DNA of 64,000 nt from Lingula anatina (GCA_051362555.1 CM120640.1:33065967-33129966); one strand, 5' to 3'. Positions 43,031 to 54,832 are shown, numbered from the stretch's first letter. Made by a program: numbers and translations. The notes: generated by a model from the sequence alone, not told the origin.

Positions 43031-44390
43031 CATATTTGACTTCGACTGTACTCCTTGGACGAACAACGTCAGGTTATTTGCCACATGTATGAGACAACCC
43101 ACTTCTACGACATGTCTTGACTACACTTCTGGGATAGACGGACAGCCTCTCTTAGGAGCTTGAGCTGCTTGCTCACACTCCTGGGATAAAAGAAGGTTAG
43201 TAAACTGTAAGTGGGGAAGAGGGGAGCAAGAAAAAAATATTTTTCATTTCTACCTGGAGTAAACATATTATTACGTGAACAATAATTAAGAGTGTCATGC
43301 CCCCGGAGTGCGATGACAAATGCAATTTTAAAAAATCCCTACCCCTATTCACGATGCAACCGATTTTCACAAAATAGGATAACTGTCGTGCCAGGTGGGA
43401 GTCGTAAAATTCTAGCATATACTGCACATATATTACTAGTACTTTAATTATTTCATTTTGCAAGGTTCAATTCCATTTCCTTTCATAGTTTTTTTGGTAA
43501 ACGTACAATTTGATTTTTAGGCTATAGTAAAGCTACACAAGACGTCCAAAGGATAATGGCAACTCTCCAAGATGAAAAGCTCTAATGGCACACACATGTT
43601 TAGGAATACTTTGTAATAGAAGCAGACGGCCTTCCACCAGCTCATTACCACAACACTGGAAAAGAATGTTTCAAGGCAAGTACGTGAGAAAAAAAATGGT
43701 TACGTACATTATTGCTAGTTATTGAAAATAATATTTTAAAAATGATATTAACTGCGCCTGCTACCAGTAGGTCTGATAAACCTCTAGCATTTACAGGTTG
43801 ACTTACGAAGTGTCCATATTTGTTTATACATGTTATAACTTTTCTTATGCTCTCAATGCTCTATGACGAAGATTTAATTTGAACTTGTAGGCTACCAAAA
43901 GTGTTGACAACAACGTTATGAATAAGGCAGCAACTGAATTTAAGCCTTCAGCCTCCAATGATAATTCAGGAATTTCCATACACCTAATGGTATGTTTTCA
44001 TGTTTACCCACTAAATCTTTCCATAATGTCAAATATAATTAAACTGAATGTTGACTGTAATAATTGCAGCATATGTAATAAGATATAGAACTTCACAAAA
44101 ATCTTGACTTAGTTTTGATATCTATTTCAGAACTGAATATGTGGGATGGGCGTCATCTTTACTGTCTACGTTTTAGAGACATTTCTCATAACATGCAAAA
44201 CACCAAATATAAGAAATGCGTCGAATAATGTACCCAGATCATATCCATATAGAGAATAGCTGAAACATTTTGGACCATGGCTAATGAGTACGGAGAATCA
44301 CAATACATGTTATAACAAACCCAGTGCACCGAATGGATCTAACTCTTTGTTGGAAAATATTGTTAATACACGCGTACGTACAAGTACGTA
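43010..44390 (+). pseudogene. Degenerate exon-like segments continuing from the array (possible remnant of the host gene or a lncRNA)
   Basis: 43010-43195 starts like a repeat exon (DIDDEC...) and ends AAG|GTTAGTAAA. 43521-43675 (ttttag...AAG|gcaagt) reads YSKATQDVQRIMATLQDEKL*WHTHV*EYFVIEADGLPPAHYHNTGKECFK. 43891-43989 (ttgtag...ATG|gtatgt) is an open 99-nt segment. A further acceptor (tttcag) ends at 44130. No family recognised; stops present. Confidence 0.3.
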
Positions 44391-45485
44391 AACAGGTTTC
44401 ACAGATAATTGCAAATGCAGGCTATTTTATTTTGTTTATGGTTTACTTAAAAGGTTAGTTAGATGTGGTTTTATCGAGATGAATTAGATATTTTTTTCAC
44501 TTGTGCGTTTGAACGTACTTTGATATCTTATCTGACTTAAGTGGGATAGTCCTCATTTCATATGTATATAATTAATTTATTATATATTTAATTGGTTAAT
44601 CTGCACTTCACGTAACTATAGGTATTGGATCTATATGAGAAATGTGCAGGGTTAATTTCTCATGAGAAACATTGGTATTGTCTACAGTTATTATTGTCCA
44701 CATTTCAGCCAATCGTTTGGGATTAGTATTTATAAAATATTTGCCTCTGACGGGGAATTGTTTAGCATTGCATTTGAGAAAATCATAATACCTTTTCGTT
44801 ACCCTTACTAATTCTAATCCTTTTCCTCCTGAAGAATGCTGGGTGCACACAGTCATTCTTCGAGGGAGGTTCGCATGTCACTGTTTTTCCGATTTTCTCA
44901 AGTGTGGTTGAACAATAACCAGTTACACGGGTACCTTTTATTCTCTAAATCAAAATTGAACTTAAAATCGGAAGTGGACAGTTACTTGAGATATACCAAT
45001 GACCCAAACGATTTCAAAGCAAGCTTGCTTTATTCCTTACTTGTTGTTCCACATTTCATGTTAAGTAAAGAGCAATAAAAGTATTGATGTTAAACTGTAT
45101 ATTTTTGTTATAACATTTGTTACAAAGGTGGGCAGTTTTCCTTAAAGATGTTTTCCTAATTATTCATTATAGAATTATTTGTTCCTGGGATGTTGAAAAA
45201 AAATCCAGAATGAAGTTATTGGAGAGTATTGATTACATATTGATCAGACAATCTGCACCAATTTTATTATTTGTAATTTTATCATTTACAATAAAAATAA
45301 ACAATAAAGCAGGTTTATGTTAATTCTGTATTTGATTTTTGTAACATTTAATTAGAAATAATCCTTTAGAAATAATTGCTGAAAGGATTAGAAATAAAGT
45401 TTAAAGTTTTCTGGTATCTTATCGTCTAGTTTGTATTAATTGCTAGTAATAGGCAAACATACTACGGTTGTAGGCCTACCCTCCC

Positions 45486-45497
<12 letters not shown>

Positions 45498-45535
<38 letters not shown>
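45498..45535. repeat. (CA)n microsatellite preceded by (CG)n
   Basis: Directly visible; explains the spurious THTHTH ORF at 45440. Confidence 0.95.
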
Positions 45536-45538
<3 letters not shown>

Positions 45539-46024
45539 TGTATTGGGTTGAAACTAGACAGAATGCTTTTTTATCCCTGGGCCTTACACAGTAAATTATC
45601 TATGTATGCTTTACAAAATGTTTCTTTTTTGTGCCCCCTCCCCTTTTAGAAAAATCATTAGTGTGCCTGTGTCACGTCTGCTACAAATGCCACTGATCAA
45701 AGCAAAGGAATACCTACAAAGTGGACGAAAGGGGTCCGCCATATAGATAAACGTCCCAATAAAATATTCGTCCCGATAGATACGTCTCTATGCATACACG
45801 TCTCAATAGATTTACGTCTCGTTAAATTTTCGTTCCGATAGAACCACCAACATATTCCTATAAACCCACGTATCTTTAGATCCAGGTACCGCTAGATCCT
45901 TCTATCTGACATCGTATAATCGGCTAAAATGCCGATATCAACTTGAGATACAGGTATGGCTTTCGAGTGATAGTCTGGCTGCGAGTACTGTCCCACTTAG
46001 TGATCTGACTTAATTACAACCTGA

Positions 46025-46027
46025 TAT

Positions 46028-46066
<39 letters not shown>

Positions 46067-46068
46067 TT
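46025..46068. repeat. (TTTA)n microsatellite
   Basis: About 11 direct TATT units. Confidence 0.95.
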
Positions 46069-46425
46069 AGGTTTTCAAACAAGACATACATGTACGTTCG
46101 CGTCTACACGTCTACCATTTACTATCGTTTACTATCATTTACTCCATTCCGCAATGTACGCACGTAACTTCATCAATGTAAACTACTCGTAAATTCGTTA
46201 TTATGTCCAAGATGTAAAATAACGCTGATTTTTGCCTGCAAACTTTGGGTATGTTTGTCAACCATACAGTTATGATTTCTATCAAGTATACAAGACAGTT
46301 ATAAGGCAGAATCATTCATGAAATGCCCAAATAAATCATACACAGTATAAAACAAGAAGGGTTTACTTGTAAAACTCTTAACATTATTTCATAAACTTTT
46401 CCGAGTTGTTTGACGGGCCGGGGGT

Positions 46426-46426
<1 letters not shown>

Positions 46427-46459
<33 letters not shown>

Positions 46460-46520
46460 CGTGTGTGTGTGTGTGTGTGTGTATGCGTGCGTGCGTGCGT
46501 GCGTGCGTGCGTGTGTGTGT
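46427..46520. repeat. Compound (TG)n/(TGCG)n microsatellite
   Basis: Directly visible. Confidence 0.95.
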
Positions 46521-47149
46521 TTTTTCTGGGATTAATCGCTATGAAAAAAAATATATAATCTTAAGTTCCTGTCAGAAGCCTTTGTAATCAAAACTAAATG
46601 AATGTAACATGAAAATAACAAAACATCTAGTGAAATCATAAAATTCTGTCAGATAATGCAATAGTAGGCCTAATGTAAATTACCCCAGTATTGCGTAAAA
46701 ACGATCTAGTAGAATAATAAATTGCTGAAAGGATTAATATGTGTACTGTCGTTTTAAAAAAAGTGCATTTTATGTACTGAGTAGTATATCAACCATTTTG
46801 AGCAATAGTGTACCTGTAATGGATCTATCGGTATTTGGATCTAAAAATATCTATAGGTATGCGGATTTAAAGGACGTGGGTTTATGAGGACGTCGTATCT
46901 ATAGGAACGCAAATATATAGGACGGTGGTAAAAATCGGATCTATCGGTTTTAAAATCTAGAAAGACGTTTTTCCAGTTTAGGGACGTGTAATATTTAGGG
47001 ATTAAATTTTATCCGTACGTACCCTCTGAGAAGAGGCTTAAATAAGCCTGATGTTATTTAGGCCCTACACATTCATAAAGATCAAATAGATGGTAGGATA
47101 TCAATTCAAATGGCTTTGTAAACAAGTGTAAATACACAAACTACAAAAT

Positions 47150-47466
47150 AAGGGGCCGAAAATAAGAATGTTGGTTAATCTTGGCTTTTTATAGCTTTTT
47201 AGGAAAATTACCAGTTTTTCCTGTGACATAAAAACAGTGGTCCCCCCTTTGATTTCTGAAAAAAATCACACCAAATTTTCCCTCTTCAAATAAGAATGTT
47301 GACTACATGTAGCTGAATTATAGTTCTAAACCGTATTAAATGGCACCGTTCACCCTCTAAAATACCAAAAATTTTCGCTGACCCCCCCCCCCCTCAGCAG
47401 GCCCCGAACCCCACGCCAGGTGAGGGGGGGGGGGAAGGTCGGCTTCAAATAATCCATCCGCCCCTG
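47150..47466. mobile_element. Fragment of a MITE-like interspersed repeat
   Basis: GC-rich patch with C/G runs ending ATCCATCCGCCCCTG, resembling the GGATCCGCCCCTG terminus I recall from non-autonomous elements of marine invertebrates; internal duplication of AAATAAGAATGTTG. Left boundary uncertain. Confidence 0.35.
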
Positions 47467-48053
47467 AGTAAAGAGGCTACGCCAAGTAACAAAATGACGA
47501 CAATGGGTGTTTTCAAATGGACGTTATGCTAACAGTAAGAATAAGATATATAAGATCAAATTTACATGCATGTGATGCTCGAGCCTGTTCCAGTGAATGA
47601 TGAAAAAAAAATGCACTTTTGCTTCGACCTTGGCTCGTCTTATCATTCTACATGTATATGCACACTTTTTATACAAAATCGGACTATAACGTTTACAACA
47701 ATAGGAATAGACATTCAAAAGCCCCCGAGGTAGAAAAAATATCAGTAGGCCTACGCTTGAAATGTGCATAAGAAACATAACCTCAGTGTATTAACCTGTA
47801 GGGCCTACATATAACCATAGAAGTAGTACTGTATGATACCTTAACGATGTACCTCGGAAAAACGGAAACAAATTTGTCAAAATTGTTGCAAATTTTGTGT
47901 TACTCAGTAGTTGTGAAAATGCACTGCGCAACCACTTGTCAGCACAACCACAATGTTCTGCCAGCGTTTTGGACGTGGATTTTATGCCTGTTTTGAAGAC
48001 TTATTCTGAATCGTTTTCTAGAGGCAGTTGCTGGAAGTAATACTTTTCATGAT

Positions 48054-51000
48054 ATGGGAGCAAACGCAAGTACCTCTAAATGCAGAGTTAAATCTTCTGT
48101 GACAATCCCTACATCATCTGAGGATATTTTAAGAAAAACTTATCAGGTGACGTGTTCACATTCAGGACATTATGTTCACTTTCTACTGAACTCTTCATGT
48201 TAACGCTAATCTTCATGATAATGGGTATTATGAAGGAAGTTGACGTAATTTCAGCATATAATTCCATAAAATAAACAACTTTATTTGAAAAGCAACAACA
48301 ATTTCACAGATAAATGCAGATTTAAAATGACTTTCTTTCAGTTTCTGAGATGGATTCCTGTCAGTGAAGAATTTGACTTAGAATCTGTTGCACAAAATAT
48401 CGCCCAGCAAGCACAGGTAATCAAGTACAGTGAAAGCACAGTTATAATACAGAAAGGTAAGGTCTATTTTCTCACTTTACTATTCATTCATTTATTTATT
48501 TCACCTAAAATGTAGCATCTAATTTATGTTGACTTGTATTACAGTTTTTAAATTGCCAAGATAGTGGGAATTCAAATATGGTACGTTGGTTACTTAAATT
48601 TGATGTGTTTATATGTTTAGTTACAGAAAGTACATTGGTACAAAACTAATTAAGTATACAGAACTTCCTGCAGACCTTTTTACAAAGAACAAGTAAATTT
48701 TACAGCGCTTTTGAACAGTTCCCACCCAATTTTGCCATACTTTTTAACTGTTCTTCCTGTCATTTATAATATTGATTTTGCTATACAGTTCTGACATTTT
48801 CATTAATTTTATTGTTTTAGGTACAGTTGGTGAAGGTATTTACATAATTTTGTCTGGGGAAGCAGTGGTTTTGTCAGAGGGAGAGGAGCAACAGGCAATC
48901 GCACACATAATGGAGGGGGAGTTTTTTGGAGAGGTGTCCTGTTTTTTTGGAAACCTGTGCACTGCTACTGTGATGACAGTAGCAAAGTAAGAATCTGAAA
49001 GAATATCCAGTATGCTTGTAATAAATACAATAAAAAATTACAAAAATTTGAAAATATTTGTAGAATAAAAATGATGATGATGGTGATGATGTTGATATAA
49101 CAGTGATGGTGATCATGCAGACAATAATGATGAAAATAATGATAATGGATATACTGGCATTTTGGTATACTCTTCTGAAATTTTAGCTGAATATTGTAAT
49201 TATCAGCTTATATCAGTTAGTCTAATAAGGCTAATGCATTTCAGTATTTCACTTCTGAAAGATTTTGTATTATTGTTTTTTTTTAAATCTCTGCCCTGTA
49301 ATATTTCAGGGCAAAACTTCTTTTTCTTCGAAAAGATATGCTTGCAACAGTGCTGCAGCTTAGAGTAGATCCTGGAAACAAAGAGGAACAACTGAAATGG
49401 TTTGTAGCAAGACGATATCTCCCAACAACAGATATGGTACAGAAAGATCTCCTAGAATTTCAGATAATTGTAGAGTGTTTAAAAACAGTTAAGTGACATC
49501 ATGTAATGGTATTACATAAATTTATTAATTTGTCAGTTTTATAAATTATAGTTTTCCATGGTACTTTAAATAACCATACAATATAATTTTTTTATAAAGA
49601 TTTGGCAGAATTTTTAAATAAAAATGATTTATTACCTGAAGGAACTAGAAATATTCAATTACCACAAGGTTGTAAGTGCAGTTTTAAACAAATATTTTTT
49701 TGTAAAAAAAAAAAAAAAAAATTCTTCAGGTTCCATTATTCTCTGTCTGGCCCGATGAAGCCCTGGAATCTGTAGCTTTGAACATGGCAGAGCCTATGAT
49801 AATTGTGTATCCTCCAGGAGCATGTATACTTAGGAAAGGGGATCCTGCCGACCCTCTGTTAGTATTACTCCGAGGAAGGTACATGTACAAACCTTTTAAA
49901 TCATGCAATTTATGGTTCTTATTGCTTGGTTTGGGGAATTCTTCACAGCTTCGTAATTTTTCTATTCAAAATGTTTTTGCCAATCTTTTAAAACTTTTCT
50001 CAGTGTATTTCTGCTCTTTTTAACATTACTCTTGGATTATGATTTTTTGTCAAACTTGGCAACAGGCCAGCAGAAGATTCTGCAGTGCATCTTGTTTGAT
50101 ACTGGTAGTTTAGTGGTTTGTTTCTTGTCATGCTGGTCACTTTTCGTAATACATTCTAGGGTTATGATAATGGAAGATGAGAAAAATTTTCAGGAAGTGA
50201 AGTCCAGAAGATTGGCTTTTACATTTGGAGAAGAAGGTAATTTTTTTTGTTTTTGTTAAGTAAAAAATGTTTCAAATAATATCAGAAATGTGGCATTGTG
50301 CATTTTATTTGTGCATTTGTCCAACCCAAAGTAACCCTACCCCAGTAGCTAATAGTTGGTGTCACTTTTACTTTTTTTCTACCAATGTCATTTTATTCCA
50401 TGTAGGCCATACCATAAAATTTAAAACAAACAGCAGAATACAGCATAAAACAGCACAAAATTAATTTAAAGGTATTTTCTACATTAGGTTTGTTTACTGG
50501 TAGTGAAAAAATGTTAACAGTTAAAGCTGTTACCTGTTGTCAAGTAATACAACTGAGACGACATTTACTTTTCAAAGTTGTAAGACAGGTAAATCTTCCA
50601 TTTAATGGTTTGGATATTATTAGGCTGTTATAATGTAGCAGCTAATTGGTGCTGTAGATAGTTGCTTAATGATGATAATACTAACCACATTTCTAATATC
50701 AATGCAAAATGTAACTCACAGTGCTATGTAGTAGCTGGGTTTCAAAGTTTTAAGAAATGCCAATTGAATTTCTCTTTTAAGAGTTTTTACAAAAACTTTT
50801 AATGTCATTGGTACACGAAATGAGTATTTCTTAACTGACAATTATGATAAGATGTATGCCATATACAATATTTGTTTAATTTAAGCATCCAGTTACTTTA
50901 GAAAGGGCTTGGTCAAAGATGGACAAAAGCTGGAGAGAATTTTCTGAAAAGAAAAATTCAGAACTACAGAGTACATATCCAGCTGCATGTTTGCAGTTTG

Positions 51001-52250
51001 AGGTACAGAATCAGATGCAATGGTAAAATGGCCTCATGCTCAAAATTAAAAAAAAAATAGATGTTCTTGGGTTAGAATATTAATTTTAATGGGGATAAAA
51101 TCAGTGTCAGTTATGCAACATCCACTAATAAACATGTGTTCTTAAAAGCAGAATGTCACCTCTATGAGACCCATCTTTCACTTCAGACTATTTACCAAAG
51201 ATTATGTCAGGCAGAGGAATTGCTGAAATTTCCAAGAAGTTTCATCTATGAGCTGGCCTTGGGGTGTGAAGTTGTGGCAGTTCACAGAAAACTGCAAAAG
51301 GAATCGACTAGTAAATATTGATTCAAAGGGGCAGTATGCATTTAGATATATAGGTTTATTGTTATCAAATACACAATGGCCAGTGTGATTTACAATAATA
51401 CAGAAAAAAAATATGGTAAAAAAGGGCTAAAATATGATAACATAATGAACAGGGTTTTTGTTATAATAAATCAACCCAAACCCAAAATACATCCTGTGTA
51501 AATTAAAGATGACAACACATGGAAATGGTGTAAATGCAGTGTGAAAACATAAGGGATGAAACTCTCCAGTAAGCTTCAATCAACAGAAAGAAAAGGTTAT
51601 TCTTATACTTGTAATGGTTAAGAAGTGCTAGATAACTAAGAACACCAGAAATATTGATAATGTTATAAATATACGCCTAGGAATTATTTTATTTTTTGTA
51701 GACGAAACATGTGGTTTGTTCATCTTAAAGGGAGAGATTTCAGTCATTCAGCAGGAACAATCAAAAACATACAGAGCTGGAAGCCTGATAGGTAAGACAT
51801 AAATTAGAAATGACATGTAATTCATTCTAGTTTTGGAATAAATCTCCCTTTATCTGGGCGAGATTGATTTTTTTGTTAGATATATACAGATGTCTCTGGC
51901 TTATTCTGTATGCTTTTCTCTACTAGAGTATTTTTGCATGACATTAACATCACCACTCTGCTGGCCTTATGTGTACAGTAGCATAAATTCATTTTAAATA
52001 TTACCTTCCCTTTTCTCCCCATAGAGATAGGTTCAAAAATGTATTAATTTAATATTTTTATTTTGGTTTTATTTGCAACTTTGTTTTCTCTTCAGGTATG
52101 GATAACACAAATGGAAATAAAGAATTCCAGATGGTTGCCAAAGAAATGTCAGCAGTAGTCAAGTTAACTAAGCAATCCATGAAACATGCCCTGGAAAGTC
52201 ATCCAGAATGTGAATTATTGATTTCAAACAACTTTTTCAAAACAAACTGA
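48054..52250 (+). CDS. Cyclic nucleotide-binding (CNB/CAP_ED) domain protein, ~454 aa, 11 exons, N-terminal MGANAS myristoylation motif, three tandem CNB-like domains
   Basis: Exons 48054-48146, 48342-48456, 48821-48986, 49310-49487, 49730-49878, 50160-50236, 50488-50588, 50886-51002, 51187-51310, 51702-51791, 52096-52250. All GT-AG with consistent phases; total 1365 nt ending TGA. CNB motifs: IIQKGTVGEGIYIILSGEAVV...GEFFGEVS...TATV; VPLFS...ILRKGDPADPLLVLLRGRV...FGEEGLF...LTVKA; degenerate third GLFILKGEISV...YRAGSLIG. The exon 9 donor is the weakest junction. Confidence 0.85.
49071..49150. repeat. Imperfect (GAT)n low-complexity tract, intronic
   Basis: ATGATGATGATGGTGATGATGTTGAT...AATGATGAAAATAATGATAATG. 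Confidence 0.7.
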
Positions 52251-52482
52251 TAATGGTAGCAACAACAATTACCTAAATGTTTTTAAAACCCTTTAGTAAT
52301 TGAATCAGAAGTCATGTTTTTAAAGTAAAAATTATAGGCTCAGGCCTTCTGTAAATACAACTGTTTGCTGATCATCAGGAAAAAATGTTTGCAATTTAAA
52401 CCAAATCTATTAACGAACTAAATTACAGACAGAAAGTCTATGTTCACTACAAATTTGTAAGAACGTGTCTCCTTTTTGACTA

Positions 52483-52488
52483 AATAAA
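52483..52488 (+). terminator. Candidate polyadenylation signal (AATAAA) of the CNB-domain gene
   Basis: First AATAAA downstream of the stop at 52250, followed by a GT/T-rich stretch (CTTGTGTGTTTT). Confidence 0.55.
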
Positions 52489-52600
52489 GTAAACATTTGT
52501 AAGAACAAAACTTGTGTGTTTTAACATTTGTGAGGACTTTCTCACTTTTCTATGAACAAAACTGTTTTTGGCACACAATGCTCCAATACCATCCTCCACC

Positions 52601-54832
52601 TCAGCCTAATTTATTCCTTTTTCCATGACTAGGTGAGGGCATTGGAGAATCTGCTTTAGTTTTTCTGCTGTTTGGCTGTGAAACGCCATTGGAGTTTTTC
52701 CGAACCAATGGTGCAACTGCTTGTGTATTGTTACTTGGAAGTTGTGATGCCTCGACACCTGGGTCAGGAGGGGCTAATGATTCCAAGTAGCTGACTCTGT
52801 GATTCAAGGCAACAAGAATGCCCTGCATCTGAAATAAAATAATGAAATATTTAAACCAACACATTGTTTCAAGTGTTTATATTTATTTTTTTTGCACCTG
52901 TTATAACCATACATAAGTAGTATCCACTGAATAACATCCAATTTAAATAATAAAATTTAACAATATAAAACATTGCACTTAGTGAATTTTAATGTGTGCT
53001 AAGCAGCTATATGCATTTGAAAATCTCCCAAAGTCGTATTTCCTGTCTTCTTGATAATTTGACTGAAGATACATCAAATCAAGTCCAAGAGTAGGGACAG
53101 GTCAAACAAACTCAGGAGTAGCAGTTGTTAAGTAAAAGATAGACTTTTTTTATCAAGAAATTTTTTCTTAAAAATCTGAGATAGGATACCTTTTAACATA
53201 ACTTGATTTGTAATGCCAGCAGTATACAAAGGCTTAGGTAATAATTCTTATACGTGTTCTTAAAAAGAACACCATTTTTCTATTTCAAACTTATACCAGG
53301 CATGAAACCAGTCCTCGCTGAAAAAGTAGGATTTACACGATTCACAAGAATGACCCTGAAAAAGTCTGAATTCCAACAAAAGTCGGACAAGTCTCATCAA
53401 TGTTATACGTACCTTTTGAAGTTGTTGCACTACAACATGGAAGGAGGGCAAGGACAAGGTGCTCTCATGACTTCCAGAAACAGATGGTGGATTGCCACTT
53501 CCCACTTCATAGCTAATAAAAAAACAATACATATTAACATGCAATTAGCATTTAGCTTTTTTGTTAAAGATGAGCCAGATAATTTAATACTAATACAACT
53601 ATCACATTGTGAATGAGTTGTGTGCCCAAAAGGCCAGGGGTAAAACTGAACACATCAAAAGAAAAAAGTTAGGTACACGTTAAAAGTTTGTGATAAATAT
53701 TTAAAATAAACCATTTCAGATAATATTTAGATATCACCTCAAAAGCAAAATGATGCTTTTCCCCCAAGTTCATGTCTCTTTAAAAACCTGTTTACCTTTT
53801 GATTTTATTGGCATCAAAACCAAATTTCTCTCTGATACTGTCCAGACTCTTGTGTGTTGTTTGATACATCTTACCAAGGAGTTCCTTGCAACTCAAACAT
53901 CTCAGTCTGACAAATGTGCTAAAAAATGTGCAATGAAGATTATTTTTTACAGACTGCCATCATAAATAAACAATAAAGAACAAATATTCAGTAACTATGT
54001 ATTTTGATTCAGAATAACAAAAGTCTTGAAAAGATATTCAAAATAATGAGAACAGGTTTTTCTTTAAAGCTACCTATTAAACAAAAAGATTCCCAGTAAT
54101 GCATATAAACAAATTTTACTATAGTTTCTTATATGAATAAAATAAAGTCAACATGCCAAGTCATTAACCAAATTAATCCCTCGTGCAGCTAAAAAATAGC
54201 TGTATAACTGCACCTTCTTCAAATTTCTGGTATTGCACAATCATTCCATTTGTATGGATGCAATTGCATGCACAATTGCAAACTTATTCAAATGCGTTGC
54301 ACAGAAAGAAAGCATAAATATCCTTTCAAGTATCATTTTTCCAGATTTATTAAACAATGCCCTTAGATATTCCCCTAAAATACTACTAAACTATTTGAAA
54401 CTATGCTGGCATTTGGTCAGGTTTTTGCAGCAAAAAAAATTGTCAAAATTGACTTCAAATGCAGTTATTTAATTAAAGGGTCAAAAGCAATGATAAACAT
54501 TTGCCAACCTTCCTACATCTGCACCTTCTGTTGAAGTTATCAGGGTGCTACCTTGGTACACATTTATAGCCGCTGAAATGTTGATAATGTCAAAATTATA
54601 ACATGCATAGTGACAGGTACTGAAGAATAAATTAAGGCATTTAACTTTTAAGCCATTGAAATTGGAAAATGTTGAACTTTGAGGTGAACTTACAGCCCAA
54701 AATCATGATCCTCAGGTCTTGATTTATTCCCATCCAAGAGGATGAGTCGCCGATTATTACGTTACAATTTTCACACTGGAATACTACGACTCCTGTATCT
54801 TCTATTTCTTGAAGAGTATCGACAGTTCCCAT
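52601..54832 (-). CDS. MIS18A: Mis18 (Mis18-alpha-like; Yippee-Mis18 zinc domain plus C-terminal helix), CENP-A deposition licensing factor, ~217 aa, 5 exons
   Basis: Exons 54832-54694, 54572-54509, 53918-53796, 53512-53413, 52828-52601; GT-AG, phases consistent, 654 nt. Protein has VFQCENCNVIIGDSSSW...STFVRLRCLSCKELLGKMYQTTHKSLDSIREKFGFDANKIKSYEVGS (two CxxC, GDS.SW, Y.T...LD..R..F, SY..GS as in Mis18) and helical QQLQKMQGILVALNHRVSYLE. Alpha versus beta (OIP5) orthology is not certain. Confidence 0.9.

Larger units (their letters stand above)
45729..47025. mobile_element. Degenerate foldback/long-TIR non-autonomous DNA transposon relic
   Basis: The left arm (~45729-45905) has periodic CGTC(C/T)C motifs and TAAACCCACGTATCTTTAGATCCAGGTACCGCTAGATCC. 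The right arm (~46820-47025) has inverted counterparts GGATCTATCGGTATTTGGATCTAAA and AAGGACGTGGGTTTA with periodic GGACG motifs. Ends AGGGGTCCG / CGTACCCT. No transposase or clear TSD seen. Confidence 0.5.

Noticed and set aside
44608-44856. ORF MTVCTQHSSGGK as a THAP-domain fragment
   Set aside because: Only superficial similarity to VCSxHF; the other THAP residues and an upstream in-frame extension are missing.
53254-53965. Plus-strand ORFs of 120 and 71 aa
   Set aside because: Antisense shadows of Mis18 exons 3 and 4.
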